Shown here in pieces: positions 18,586 through 28,401 of a DNA stretch of 64,000 bases. The stretch is from the NCBI GenBank assembly GCA_005882895.1, contig VBBD01000068.1:4626-68625 (forward strand). Reading direction: 5' to 3'. The DNA is from Candidatus Bathyarchaeota archaeon. GTDB taxonomy: Archaea > Thermoproteota > Bathyarchaeia > 40CM-2-53-6. Every line of letters begins with the position of its first letter. The stretch's first letter is position 1. The translations under genes and the position numbers were made by a program. The notes under the pieces are model-generated. The model was not told where the DNA came from and made no database searches. It saw nothing but the letters and a program-made list of their open reading frames with translations.

Positions 18586-20651
18586 CTAGTCTCTCGGCCT
18601 TCTTGATAATTCTCCGAATTTTGTGATCTCTTCTGCCATTTCAGCCAGTCGTTTGTTGACCTTGAAATGGACCGTGCCCGCCTCATAGTTTCCATCGTTT
18701 TTCAACGCTCCAGCCTTTACGCCTGTTAGAATCTCAATACCTTCATCTATCGTACTTACCGGATAGATGTGGAACCGTCCCTGCTTGACAGCTTCCACCA
18801 CTTCTTCGCTGAGCATTAGATGTTGGACATTGCTCCTTGGAATGAGGACTCCCTCGTCGCCCTTCAGGCCTTTGGCCTTGCATGTATGGTAGAAGCCTTC
18901 GATCTTCTCGTTTACTCCTCCGATGGCTTGAACCTCTCCCTTCTGGTTTACGGATCCGGTAACCGCGAAGTTCTGCTTGATGGGGAGGTCCCCCAGGGCT
19001 GAGAGGATTGCGTAGAGCTCTGTGCTGGACGCGCTGTCACCGTCCACTCCGCCGTAGCTTTGTTCGAAGACCAGTCTACAGGAGACCGAAAGACCATTCA
19101 CCTGGCCTATTTTCGTCCCTGAGGTGTCGATGAGTATGACGCCTCTCTCGATCATTTCTTTGGTTTTTTCGTCGAGGAGGTTGGATCGGTAGATCTTTTC
19201 CTGTAAAGCCTTCAGGATGTGGCTGTCCTTGATGTATTTTGAATCGTCTTGGGATGCGTAGAGGTTGGCTTCTCTAACTAGGTCAGCGATCTCAGGGAAT
19301 TTCGTGGAGAGCTTGGTCTGGTCCTCTGCTAGTCTTGATCCGTATTCCACGACCTTTGCTATGGCAGGTGCTTCAAGATGGTTCAGATTCTCTTTCTCGC
19401 AGAGAGTGTGGACGAACTTTCCGTAGGTTTTCATGTTCTCGTCATTCCTTCTTCGATGGCAATGTTTCCGCTCTGAAGTGCTCTCTTGAGACCCTCGTAT
19501 GATAACTGGCTCGTTAGAAGCTCCCTAGCTCCGAGTATCAGAAAGCCACCGTTAGCTTTGTGGATCGATCCCCCTTTGATCAGGGTGAAGTCTGTTGAGA
19601 GAGTTCCAAACTTGGCCTCGTTCTCGATTCTGCCAAGCAGGTTCGTTACCGTCGGATTGTCCTCAGCGATCACCGGTGCGCCCTTCAGTTCGGAATTGTC
19701 GACGATGACGTTGACCTGGTACCTTCTGAATAGAATGTCAGGCAAACCACTCTCTGATAGACTCGGTGGCGCGTCAGGATCCTTCTTCTGTTGTTCCGTC
19801 CCACTCAGAGTGAACAGTTCGGTGTTTTCTAGAACGTCGTCTCTCATATCGTCGAGATATTGTATTACGTCTGGCTGGTCCTGATAGCGAGAGGTTAGGG
19901 TGCTGATTAGGCCGCCCATTGCATAGTGGACTGTATCGTCTCTGAGTTTCTTCAGTTCATCGAGTGTCTTTGCTTCGAGTTCGTTGACTTGTTTCCCGGC
20001 TTTGTCCAGCGCGTTTCTTACCGTCTCTCTACTCTGCTCGAATTTCTTCTTAACAGTCGGTGGTAAGGCGTCAAATTCCTCTTGGCTGAGAGGCTTTCCC
20101 GCGCGGATAGGGACTATTCCGATGCCCAGCTGATTCATTCGGACGGCGTAACTGGACTGTTTGGCCTCATCGTTGAGCTCGTTGAGAATCTTGTCTCTCT
20201 CTTCTACCGATTTTTTCGTAATACTGTTTGTTCGGGCCACAAATTCTTCGCTCTGAAGAGCCGCGGGAACTGCTCTCTTGACCTGGTCAATGAGATTCTT
20301 CAGGTCTTTCTGGAAGATCTTGGCTTTGCCAGCTGGGAGTTTGAGGGCTTTCGGCTCGTAAGGATTCTGGAAATTATTTACGTAACACCAGTCAGGCGGA
20401 GTAGGTTTGGTTTTCGCGATTTTTTCCAGGTAACTTCTGGTGGCAGGCCTCTTACCCGTGACGGGGGGACCAGCGGCGAAGATGTTGAATCCTTTTCCCT
20501 TCATCTCCACGCCGAATATGAGAGCTTTGAGGGCGCGATCTTGTCCGACTATTCCTTCGAGAGGAGTTAGTTCTTCACTGGTCTTGCATTCAGCCTTTCC
20601 AGGCGGACATTCCAGCCGCAATTTTTCCGGAGGAAGCTCACTAATCACCAA
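18586..20651 (-). pseudogene. Lon-like (LonC/AAA_32 + S16) protease, split and internally deleted
   Basis: N-part: GQDRALKAL, PPDWCYVNNF, GSIHKANGGFLIL. C-part: GQVNGLSV joined directly to SCRLVFEQSYGGVDGDSAS, then AIGGVNEKIEGF. Frame break at ~19450 with a conserved segment missing. Confidence 0.75.
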
Positions 20652-20777
20652 TTAGGGTTCCAAGGCGTATTGACTACGAGCAGTATCTAAAGAAAACCTG
20701 CAGGGGATGGAGGGTTCTTGCTTGTTTTCATGCCGGACCTTATACGGCCTTTTGTCGACATCTCGATCTGAAATGCG

Positions 20778-21584
20778 TTGAGCGACATCTTGGAAAGGTC
20801 TCCTCCGCCTTTCAATCAACGCGTCCGGTACGGCCGGGATCCGCAGCACTTTGCAGATTTGCGGTTTCCTTCTGGCCGGGGGCCCTTTCCGTTCCTGTTC
20901 GTGATCCATGGCGGTTTCTGGCAATCTGCATATGACTTATCGCACATTGGCCACCTCTGCGCCGCCCTTACCCGCAAAGGAATCATCACCTGCAACCTCG
21001 ATTACAGACGGATCGGAGATCACGGTGGCGGTTGGCCTGGAACGTTTCAGGATGTCAGTCTCGCGACTGATCACATTCTGGGATTGTTCTCTTCAGACTC
21101 ACGGGTTGACTTGACTCGAACAGCTGTCCTTGGACACTCTGCTGGAGGGCACCTTGCACTATGGCTGGCAAGCAGACACCGCATATCCAAAGCCTCACCA
21201 CTACACAGCGCTCAGAAGTACAGTCTCGGTAGTGCGGTTTCGCTCGCAGGCGTGTGCGACCTTCGGACAGCCTGGAAGCAGCGACTGGGAAACGGCATTG
21301 TTGCAAAGTTCATGGGCGGGACACCCGACCAGCATCCGGACCGATACGACGCTGGCAGCCCCATCGAACTGCTACCCACCGGAACAAGACAGGTCCTGGT
21401 CCACGGAACAGCCGACAACGTAGTCCCCGTCTCTCAGTCCGAAAATTTCGTCAAGAGAGCTGAACAGATAGGCGAACCCGCCACCCTGGACAAACTCGAC
21501 GGTGTTGGCCATTTCGAGCTGATTGACCCGGAATCAGACGCATGGTCCGCCGTCGTTGGAGCTGTTCTGTCCCTATGGGCCTGA
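20778..21584 (+). CDS. Alpha/beta hydrolase (esterase/lipase)
   Basis: IHGGFW, GHSAGGHLA, HGTADNVVP, GHFE. Confidence 0.9.
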   Translation: MSDILERSPPPFNQRVRYGRDPQHFADLRFPSGRGPFPFLFVIHGGFWQSAYDLSHIGHLCAALTRKGIITCNLDYRRIGDHGGGWPGTFQDVSLATDHILGLFSSDSRVDLTRTAVLGHSAGGHLALWLASRHRISKASPLHSAQKYSLGSAVSLAGVCDLRTAWKQRLGNGIVAKFMGGTPDQHPDRYDAGSPIELLPTGTRQVLVHGTADNVVPVSQSENFVKRAEQIGEPATLDKLDGVGHFELIDPESDAWSAVVGAVLSLWA

Positions 21585-21668
21585 GCTAGACGGTCAGAGT
21601 GTTCTGTTGCGCAGGCCTGATTTTGTTTCTGCCGTATGTCGAGATTTTGGTTGGTTGGTTGCTCTCGG

Positions 21669-23036
21669 TTATTTTACGTACGTTTCGACTTCGATATTGC
21701 GTGGCTCGTAGTCGGTGAGTTTTCCCGCTAGGAAGTCTTCGTAGGCTTTGATGTCGAGTAGACCATGGCCGCAGTTGTTGAAGGCAAGTACTTTCTCCTC
21801 GCCGGTCTTCTTGCACTGGATAGCTTGGTCTATGATGAATTTGATGCAGTGGGCGGTTTCGGGGGCTGGGATGACTCCTTCTGTCTGGGCGAAAGTCCTC
21901 GCGGCTTGGAACACTTCGTTCTGGTGATAGGCTACCGAGCGCAAGTGGCCTTTGTTGATGAGGTAGGATAGGGATGGGGCCTTTCCGTGGTATCTCAGGC
22001 CTCCTGAATGGATGGGAGGTGACTGGTACTTGTGGCCGACGGTGTACATCTTCAGGAGCGGTGTCATTTCGGCGGTGTCTCCAAAATCATATGTGAAGGT
22101 TCCACGTGTAGTAGATGGGACCGCTTTCGGTTCGCAGGCCACGAACTCCGCATCTAGCTTCCCATGGAGTTTGTCAGCGAGAAATGGGTAGGCGAAGCCT
22201 GCGAAGTTGGAACCTCCGCCGATGCAACCCGCTATTACATCTGGTTGTACGTCAATGGACTCGAACTGTTTCTTCGCTTCAAGGCCAATGATCGACTGAT
22301 GGGTTAGGACATGGTTCATGACCGAGCCTAGACAGTATCTCGTGTCATCGTGGGTCACAGTGTCTTCAAGCGCTTCGCTTATTGCGATCCCGAGGGTTCC
22401 GGGGTGGTTCTTGTCCTGGGCTAGCAAAGACCTTCCATAGTTCGTGTCCTCACTGGGGGAAGGCCGGACTTCCGATCCATATGTCTCCATCATTACGCGT
22501 CTGCCAGGTTTCTGCTGATAGCTAACTCGAACCATGTACACTTTGCATTTCAATCCGAACATCGCAGCGCCTAGAGCTAGAGCGGACCCCCACTGGCCCG
22601 CGCCACTCTCTGTTGCTAGCCTCTCGGTCCCCTGTTCCTTGTTGTAGTATGCTTGGGCTATGGCTGTGTTGGGCTTGTGGCTGCCAGTCGGGCTGAGGTA
22701 TTCTGCCTTGTAGAATATCTTGGCGGGGGTCTTCAGGACTCTCTCTAGTCGGGTTGCACGAACTAGCGGGGTGGGACGCCCGATCTCAAGGTAGGCCTGT
22801 AGGACGTCGTCTGGTATGGTGATGAAGCGTTCTGAGCTGATCTCTTGGCGTATTAGTTCCTTGGCGAAGATTCTTTCGAGATTCGCGGGATTGACTGGTT
22901 CCTTGGTCTTCGGGTCAAGGGGAGGGGGGAGACGTTCGCTAAGGTCGGCCTGTATGTTGTAGTATCGTGTCGGGAGCTCATCTTCGTCGAGGTTAATTCG
23001 GTTCTCCGGGAGAATTTTCTGTTCCGCCTCGACCAT
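21669..23036 (-). CDS. trpB2: TrpB2-type tryptophan synthase beta / PLP enzyme
   Basis: YYNIQADL, GRPTPLVRA, GSHKPNTA (PLP Lys), ESGAGQWG, GGGSNFAG, GGLRYHG, GHGLLD. Confidence 0.92.
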   Translation of the reverse strand: MVEAEQKILPENRINLDEDELPTRYYNIQADLSERLPPPLDPKTKEPVNPANLERIFAKELIRQEISSERFITIPDDVLQAYLEIGRPTPLVRATRLERVLKTPAKIFYKAEYLSPTGSHKPNTAIAQAYYNKEQGTERLATESGAGQWGSALALGAAMFGLKCKVYMVRVSYQQKPGRRVMMETYGSEVRPSPSEDTNYGRSLLAQDKNHPGTLGIAISEALEDTVTHDDTRYCLGSVMNHVLTHQSIIGLEAKKQFESIDVQPDVIAGCIGGGSNFAGFAYPFLADKLHGKLDAEFVACEPKAVPSTTRGTFTYDFGDTAEMTPLLKMYTVGHKYQSPPIHSGGLRYHGKAPSLSYLINKGHLRSVAYHQNEVFQAARTFAQTEGVIPAPETAHCIKFIIDQAIQCKKTGEEKVLAFNNCGHGLLDIKAYEDFLAGKLTDYEPRNIEVETYVK

Positions 23037-23098
23037 GTAGGTAATCGAGGTTACACGCAACATTTTAGGCTTACTCGTACAGTTTAGTACGTGCAGCC

Positions 23099-23605
23099 AT
23101 GTGGAACAAAATCCAGGAACTAATGGGACAGCATCATCCTGAACGATTGAGAGTAGCTCGGCTTTGCATAGAAAACGGCTTGGCAGTTCGGGACGACGGA
23201 ATCTATCTGAACCGGATCGAGATACCGACAGCCAGAATCGCTAGAGCCGCTGGAGTAGACAGGAGAACTGTGGCTGAGACTGTGCGGATGATCCAGAGCG
23301 ACACCGGTCTTCGAGATATCTTTGAACGGTTTCAGTCGGCAGGGCTATCTCTCAAGGGCGTCGCGAAGCAGTTGAGTCTTGGTGTTGTCGAAATAAGTGC
23401 TCGGGACCCGAAGGATATTGGAATACTCGCGAGTGCGTCCAAACTCTTGGCTGACGCAGGCATCAGCATACGGCAAGCACAGGTCGACGACCCGGAACTT
23501 TCTCCCGAACCGAAACTTACTCTCATCGGAGACAAGAGTGTGCCAGGCCACCTGATCCCGGAGATGTTGAAGATTAGAGGCGTAGCCAGAGTCTCAGTCT
23601 ACTAG
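23099..23605 (+). CDS. Predicted amino-acid metabolism regulator (HTH + ACT domain, COG2150-like)
   Basis: IARAAGVDRRTV HTH; GILASASKLLADAGISIRQ ACT; DDPEL motif. Confidence 0.85.
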   Translation: MWNKIQELMGQHHPERLRVARLCIENGLAVRDDGIYLNRIEIPTARIARAAGVDRRTVAETVRMIQSDTGLRDIFERFQSAGLSLKGVAKQLSLGVVEISARDPKDIGILASASKLLADAGISIRQAQVDDPELSPEPKLTLIGDKSVPGHLIPEMLKIRGVARVSVY

Positions 23606-23638
23606 CTAACGTGTACGATGTAACGTTGAGGTTTGTTC

Positions 23639-23690
23639 GTGCCACGGGCAGAATCTATACGCGGACCTGTGGTTCTCGAGTTTTCAAACC
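23639..23690 (-). repeat. Degenerate att-like copy of tRNA-Phe 3' end plus shared flank (distal)
   Basis: gtgccacgggcagaatctatacgcggacctgtggttctcgagttttcaaacc resembles 25402-25453 and the tRNA end gtgccgagggcaggatttg. Confidence 0.6.
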
Positions 23691-23876
23691 GGTTTCGAGG
23701 CGGATCTGGACTTTGAAGGGTTCGCAGAAAGAAACCGGCGTTCATGAACTAACTTCGGTGGTCCATACGGACTATTATTTTCGCGTAAGGTAAATACCGT
23801 CAAGCGGCGCGAAAGCGCTCAAGTAATACAACCCCTGAAGTCGCTTCTGGTCCTACGGACGGGTATATGCCCGCGA

Positions 23877-24521
23877 TCACCGACTACGAATCACTTTTCG
23901 CATCATCCATTTACTTGTACCGAGGGCACCGAGCGGACGAAATCCGAGCTCGGCGAACATTGCTTCAGTTCCACCCCACAAGAACGAACTCGAGTACGGT
24001 TTCCCTCGAGTGTCGATCGGATATCCGTCAACCGTCCCACCCCCCTTGGCACCGATGATCCGAAGCGCTCCTTCCAGGGCTGCCTTCGCGACTCCCTCCC
24101 GCCTGTGATCGCGATCGACGAAGAAGCACGTAATCCTCCAGTCGGGCGGAGCCGCATCCAACCTACCGTACCCGCTCATTCGGCCCGGGAGCTCGACTGG
24201 GGGCCCGAACTGACACCAACCAACAACATCCGCACCGTCATAGACGAGAGCCGCGTGGGACTGATTCGCTCGAACAAGCTTCTCTTTCAACGCCCTGTGC
24301 TTTCCAGTCCACTGTTTCTCCTCGCTGCGCTTGAGGTGGAAGGCGACGCACCAGCAGCCACCCCACACGCCTTTATGCTTCTCAACAATTCGCGCAAAGT
24401 CAAGCCAGGTCTTCTGTCCGAGTTCCCTTATCAGAAATCGAGTCTTGGGTTGTTTCCCGCGCTTCGTGTGAGATGGGAGGTCGCTTTTCGAGTCTGAACT
24501 TGGGCTAGGCAGCTTTTTCAT
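23877..24521 (-). CDS. GNAT family acetyltransferase
   Basis: WGGCWC, VGWCQFGP, CFFVDRDHRREGVAKAAL, VDGYP. Confidence 0.88.
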   Translation of the reverse strand: MKKLPSPSSDSKSDLPSHTKRGKQPKTRFLIRELGQKTWLDFARIVEKHKGVWGGCWCVAFHLKRSEEKQWTGKHRALKEKLVRANQSHAALVYDGADVVGWCQFGPPVELPGRMSGYGRLDAAPPDWRITCFFVDRDHRREGVAKAALEGALRIIGAKGGGTVDGYPIDTRGKPYSSSFLWGGTEAMFAELGFRPLGALGTSKWMMRKVIRSR

Positions 24522-24640
24522 AGTTCAGATATCCGCCCTTCGTTGCAATCCGCAAATCATCCAGGGGTCCGCTTTAGGAGCGGCGAGGCCTGGCTTTAAA
24601 ATAGAAAGACCCAATATTCCGAACCAATACGTTTCAACCA

Positions 24641-25399
24641 ATGGTTCTCTCCACCTCAGAGCAACAGTTTTCCTTCAGGGAAGAGTGGTTGAAGAATGGA
24701 AGCGTCCGTCTCCACTACGTTGAGAGCGGCTGGGATTCTCCCTCCAGCCTCACACCTGTAGTCTACCCGCACATCGGGTTTGGTACGGCTGAGGTCTTCA
24801 TTCCGGAGATGAAGGCGCTCTCACCTCGGAGGTGCGTTGCATGCAGCCTGAGAGGACGCGGCAACAGCGACGCTCCCGAGGCGGGCTACTCCTTCGAGGA
24901 GAACGTCTCGGACATTGACGCGGTCGTCAACCATCTGACTTTCGATAGGATTTGCGTCATGGGTTTCTCTCTCGGAGTAACCTACTCAATAGCCTACGCC
25001 GCTCAGCATCCAGAACTTGTATCAGGACTGGTCCTCCTGGATTATCCCGCCCGGTATCCCAAGTTCTCGGCAGGATGGGCGGAGAGATGGTCATCCGAGC
25101 CATCAATTAAGGACAACCCAGACCGGATGAGAGGAATGCGCGGGCTGGAACGAGAGTCCACAGAGGTCCTCCTCTGGGACAAACTGGACGCGATAGAATC
25201 TCCAATTCTTCTAATAGGCGGTTGTGCCGAGGGAGCCCTTCTCAAACCAGAACACGTCGAAAAGTACCGACAACACTGCCGAAACTTGGAAGTCGCCATC
25301 TTTCCTAACTCTGGGCATATGGTCTGGCAACCCGACTACGATAGGTTCATCAGCAGAGTAAACAAGTTCCTCGATTACATAGACGATCAGCGTAGATAG
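24641..25399 (+). CDS. Alpha/beta hydrolase
   Basis: SLRGRGNSD, GFSLG nucleophile, SGHMV. Confidence 0.85.
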   Translation: MVLSTSEQQFSFREEWLKNGSVRLHYVESGWDSPSSLTPVVYPHIGFGTAEVFIPEMKALSPRRCVACSLRGRGNSDAPEAGYSFEENVSDIDAVVNHLTFDRICVMGFSLGVTYSIAYAAQHPELVSGLVLLDYPARYPKFSAGWAERWSSEPSIKDNPDRMRGMRGLERESTEVLLWDKLDAIESPILLIGGCAEGALLKPEHVEKYRQHCRNLEVAIFPNSGHMVWQPDYDRFISRVNKFLDYIDDQRR

Positions 25400-25401
25400 C
25401 T

Positions 25402-25453
25402 GTGCCGAGGGCAGAATCTGTAGGTGGATTGTGGATCCCTGGTTTTCCAAACC
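25402..25453 (-). repeat. att-like copy of tRNA-Phe 3' end plus shared flank (proximal)
   Basis: gtgccgagggcagaatctg vs tRNA 25963-25981 gtgccgagggcaggatttg (17/19). Confidence 0.7.
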
Positions 25454-25480
25454 ACTTTCTTGCAGTCCTCGCCATTGGAC

Positions 25481-25909
25481 CTAGCCTATTGAGACAACTT
25501 GGCGTAGCTCGTACTCGTTACCATCCGGGTCTCGGAACCTCGCCTCTCTAGCTGTGACAAACTCGTCAGGGCGAAAGTCCACATTGCGCAGCCTTCCAAC
25601 AGTTCCACCGTACTTCCTAATCATCAGGATGCTCTTCTCAATGTCCTTGGTTAGGAAGTGCAATGCCAGGGGTTTCTGGCGTCGGGGCGTTCCCCTGTAA
25701 CCTCCGTGGATTGATAGTACGAAGCCTGTAGCGTCAAGTTCTGCCCAGTCGGACCGCTTGTGGAGAACGGGCAGGTTGAAGACCATACGATAAAACCGAA
25801 GGCACTTCTCAAAGTTTGAAACGAACACGATGATGGGGCTGATCAGCGTATCCCTGGTGTAAGCACGCCGGTACCTGTTCTTCTTGGTCAGACGCTTCGA
25901 GCGTCTCAT
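25481..25909 (-). CDS. VOC/glyoxalase family protein
   Basis: FVSNFEKCLRFY, LALHFLTKDIE, FRDPDGNEYEL. Confidence 0.85.
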   Translation of the reverse strand: MRRSKRLTKKNRYRRAYTRDTLISPIIVFVSNFEKCLRFYRMVFNLPVLHKRSDWAELDATGFVLSIHGGYRGTPRRQKPLALHFLTKDIEKSILMIRKYGGTVGRLRNVDFRPDEFVTAREARFRDPDGNEYELRQVVSIG

Positions 25910-25960
25910 TCTTCACGTCACGTGGAAGAGGGAAACTGAGACGGTAGTTCAAGCTTTTTT

Positions 25961-26102
25961 TGGTGCCGAGGGCAGGATTTGAACCTGCGACTGGGCCGGT
26001 CTCTGTTAAGGGACCGTCAGCCCGGTATCAGATGTTACCATCTTCAGCCGGGTGCTCTCCCTCGCCTCCTCTTCCGAGAGGATCAGGCTGAGCTACCTCG
26101 GC
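25961..26102 (-). tRNA. tRNA-Phe(GAA) with three introns (18/19, 37/38, 46/47), CCA encoded
   Basis: Reverse complement GCCGAGG-TA-GCTC-AGCCTG[23 nt]GGA-GAGC-A-CCCGG-CTGAAG[15 nt]A-CCGGG-CTG[27 nt]TC-GCAGG-TTCAAAT-CCTGC-CCTCGGC-ACCA. 46/47 BHB helix GGGC/GCCC. Confidence 0.88.
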
Positions 26103-26260
26103 GGGCCTCGGCAAAGACGACACTTTTCTAGAGCAGAATTAAGCTTTCTAGATGATAAGTGAGAGATTGGGGACGAGGGGACGAAACAAACCTGAGGTAT
26201 CGAAAGGTCTTAACCGCTCGCCCCTGCGAGCTTGTCGAGCCATAGAAACGTGTCTACCTG

Positions 26261-27562
26261 TTGACTGTTGACTCTCAAGAGCAAGGCTCCGGTCCAAGTC
26301 CCGGCTGGCTAGCCAAGCTAGGAACATTGTCCATTCTGTATCTTGCGGTCTTTCTCACGCGGATAGGGTTTGGTGTCATCTTGGTCCTCTTTCCTCTCTA
26401 CCTTCCGATTCCAAAAACCGAATCCGCACTCGCGGCTGCTGTAACGGCAATCTATCCAGTTGTCGAGGGAGTTTCAGCTCTCCCTGTCGGTGCTTACGTG
26501 GATCGCAAGGGGCGAAGAAAGGTGTTCGTGGCGGGATTGGGGCTGATCGCAATCCTGAGTCTACTCATCGGGCTATCCAACAACCTCGTGCTAGTCGGCG
26601 GTGCCCACGGATTGGAGGGCTTGGCGGCGGCTATGGTAACGGTTGCCTCTCTCACGATGATTACCGACCTGACAGTTGTAACGAACCGCGGCGTCGGGAT
26701 GGGTGGATTTGACCTTGCGAACCTCGGAGGCTACGGAGTAGGCATAGTTCTCGGGGTTGCGTTCAGCAGCGTCTTCGCCGCGGACCTCGGCGCGAGCTTC
26801 CTAGTCGTCTCCGCTATCCTCGGGGTTTCTGCTGTTGCCGTATATTTCATCCTTCGAGAACCAGTGCATATCACTCAAGCACGAAGAAGTTTGAAGGAGA
26901 TGTATTCTAGCCTCACTAGCGATGTCGCGGCCATTCTTCCGGTATGGTTTGCTCTCACGGTGGTACTGGGGTTTTACATATTCTTGCCTAGGCTTGCGGC
27001 GAGGATGGGAAAGACTGATCTTTCCCAGGCTGCACTCCCCATACTTCTCGGGCTGGCGCTGCTTGGGGCCGGAGCTCTCTTGTTCGGTCGGTTGTCTGAC
27101 AAGATCGGCCGAACCAGGACAATGGCTGTTGGGGCTTTAGGTGAGATAGGGTTCCTTCTGGTTCTCCCAGAGGTTTTCGGGCCACTGATCAGCATTCCTC
27201 CCGGCACGCCTTGGCTCGACTCCTACAACATGGTCGGACCCATCATCATCGTTGCAGGGTCTCTGTTCTTTCTCGGGTCAGCACTGGTCCCTTCTATCCT
27301 CGCGTTCATCGGCGACAAGGCAGCCAAGGAGTTTCGGGGCTCAGCTATGGGATTGTACAGTCTCATGCTAAGCGCAGGAATAGCCGCCGGCCTCGTACTA
27401 GCTGGAATAGCTGACGACCTGGGTGGTGTCCAGGCGGTCTTCTACTCTGCGGCCATAATTTTCTCAGGTCTGAGCCTGACTAGCGGATACCTTCTATACC
27501 GCAACAAGCAATTTGAGAACTCAGCTAGTATCGTTAGCAAGGCTCCCAACAATCCAGCCTAG
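26261..27562 (+). CDS. MFS transporter
   Basis: About 12 TM helices; motif A copies GAYVDRKGRR and GRLSDKIGR. Confidence 0.92.
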   Translation: MTVDSQEQGSGPSPGWLAKLGTLSILYLAVFLTRIGFGVILVLFPLYLPIPKTESALAAAVTAIYPVVEGVSALPVGAYVDRKGRRKVFVAGLGLIAILSLLIGLSNNLVLVGGAHGLEGLAAAMVTVASLTMITDLTVVTNRGVGMGGFDLANLGGYGVGIVLGVAFSSVFAADLGASFLVVSAILGVSAVAVYFILREPVHITQARRSLKEMYSSLTSDVAAILPVWFALTVVLGFYIFLPRLAARMGKTDLSQAALPILLGLALLGAGALLFGRLSDKIGRTRTMAVGALGEIGFLLVLPEVFGPLISIPPGTPWLDSYNMVGPIIIVAGSLFFLGSALVPSILAFIGDKAAKEFRGSAMGLYSLMLSAGIAAGLVLAGIADDLGGVQAVFYSAAIIFSGLSLTSGYLLYRNKQFENSASIVSKAPNNPA

Positions 27563-27627
27563 GGTCGCCCCGAAAGGAATCTCGTAAGAGATAAGTCTCT
27601 TAGTTTCTAACCGCCATCCTGGTCCTC

Positions 27628-28374
27628 TTGGCAGAGTATACCGTCCACACTGCTCGGGTGGCAAAGAAGTTCGAATGGTTTGGAATGACGGTAGTCAAAC
27701 GTTACTTGACGAGGGACAAAGATAGCAGGGATCTTCGGGACGTGCATTCCAACCCGGAGTTCTATGACAAGGGCATCGATCTTGTCCTCAACCTGCCAAA
27801 CGCCCAGAAGAGGACAATCGATCTCAAGGTCGACTCATACATCGGATCTGATCCATCGCGCAAGATAAGAGGTCTATGCAATCCAGACAGTGGTTTCATT
27901 CTACTTGAAACAATCAGCCAGCTCCAATATGATAGATCGAGAAAGGTTTCAACAAATGGTACTCTGCCCGTTAGACAAAAAGCAGATGTCCCTGGCTGGT
28001 TCTTTACAAGCTCTGCCGATGAGGTGTATTATTACTTCCTCGCTCTGCTCAACACAGAAAACGAGCTAAACCTACTCTACGCGGAATACGTGGAACTTGT
28101 AAAGGGTAATCAACCAACAGATGAAGTTGAAAATCGTCTTTTACGAGAACTGCGCGTAGATAGGGACTTGTTGGTGAGTTTTTCACTATTAGAGGCGAGA
28201 GCCTGGTATGATACCGCCCCTGAGACAGTGTTTCATGGGTACGCTCCCGCTCCTAACCCGAGTTATCTTACGCTGAGTAAGCGAGTTAGGCGTGATCTGT
28301 TCATATCAAACGGTATCGGGAAAAGCCATGGTTCTATCTTCTCCTTGGTCAAACCGAAATCGGTTTCCCGGTAA
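27628..28374 (+). CDS. Putative PD-(D/E)xK nuclease (candidate restriction endonuclease)
   Basis: YDKGIDLV...TIDLKVD...ILLETIS...PGWFFTSSADEVYYY; convergent with a DNA methyltransferase. Confidence 0.6.
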   Translation: MAEYTVHTARVAKKFEWFGMTVVKRYLTRDKDSRDLRDVHSNPEFYDKGIDLVLNLPNAQKRTIDLKVDSYIGSDPSRKIRGLCNPDSGFILLETISQLQYDRSRKVSTNGTLPVRQKADVPGWFFTSSADEVYYYFLALLNTENELNLLYAEYVELVKGNQPTDEVENRLLRELRVDRDLLVSFSLLEARAWYDTAPETVFHGYAPAPNPSYLTLSKRVRRDLFISNGIGKSHGSIFSLVKPKSVSR

Positions 28375-28401
28375 CTCAAAGGCGTAAGCCTTTTCATCCG
28401 A

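Noticed and set aside
18586..20651. Programmed frameshift or genuine two-subunit Lon
   Set aside because: Conserved sequence is missing at the junction and at a second site, which indicates deletion rather than recoding.
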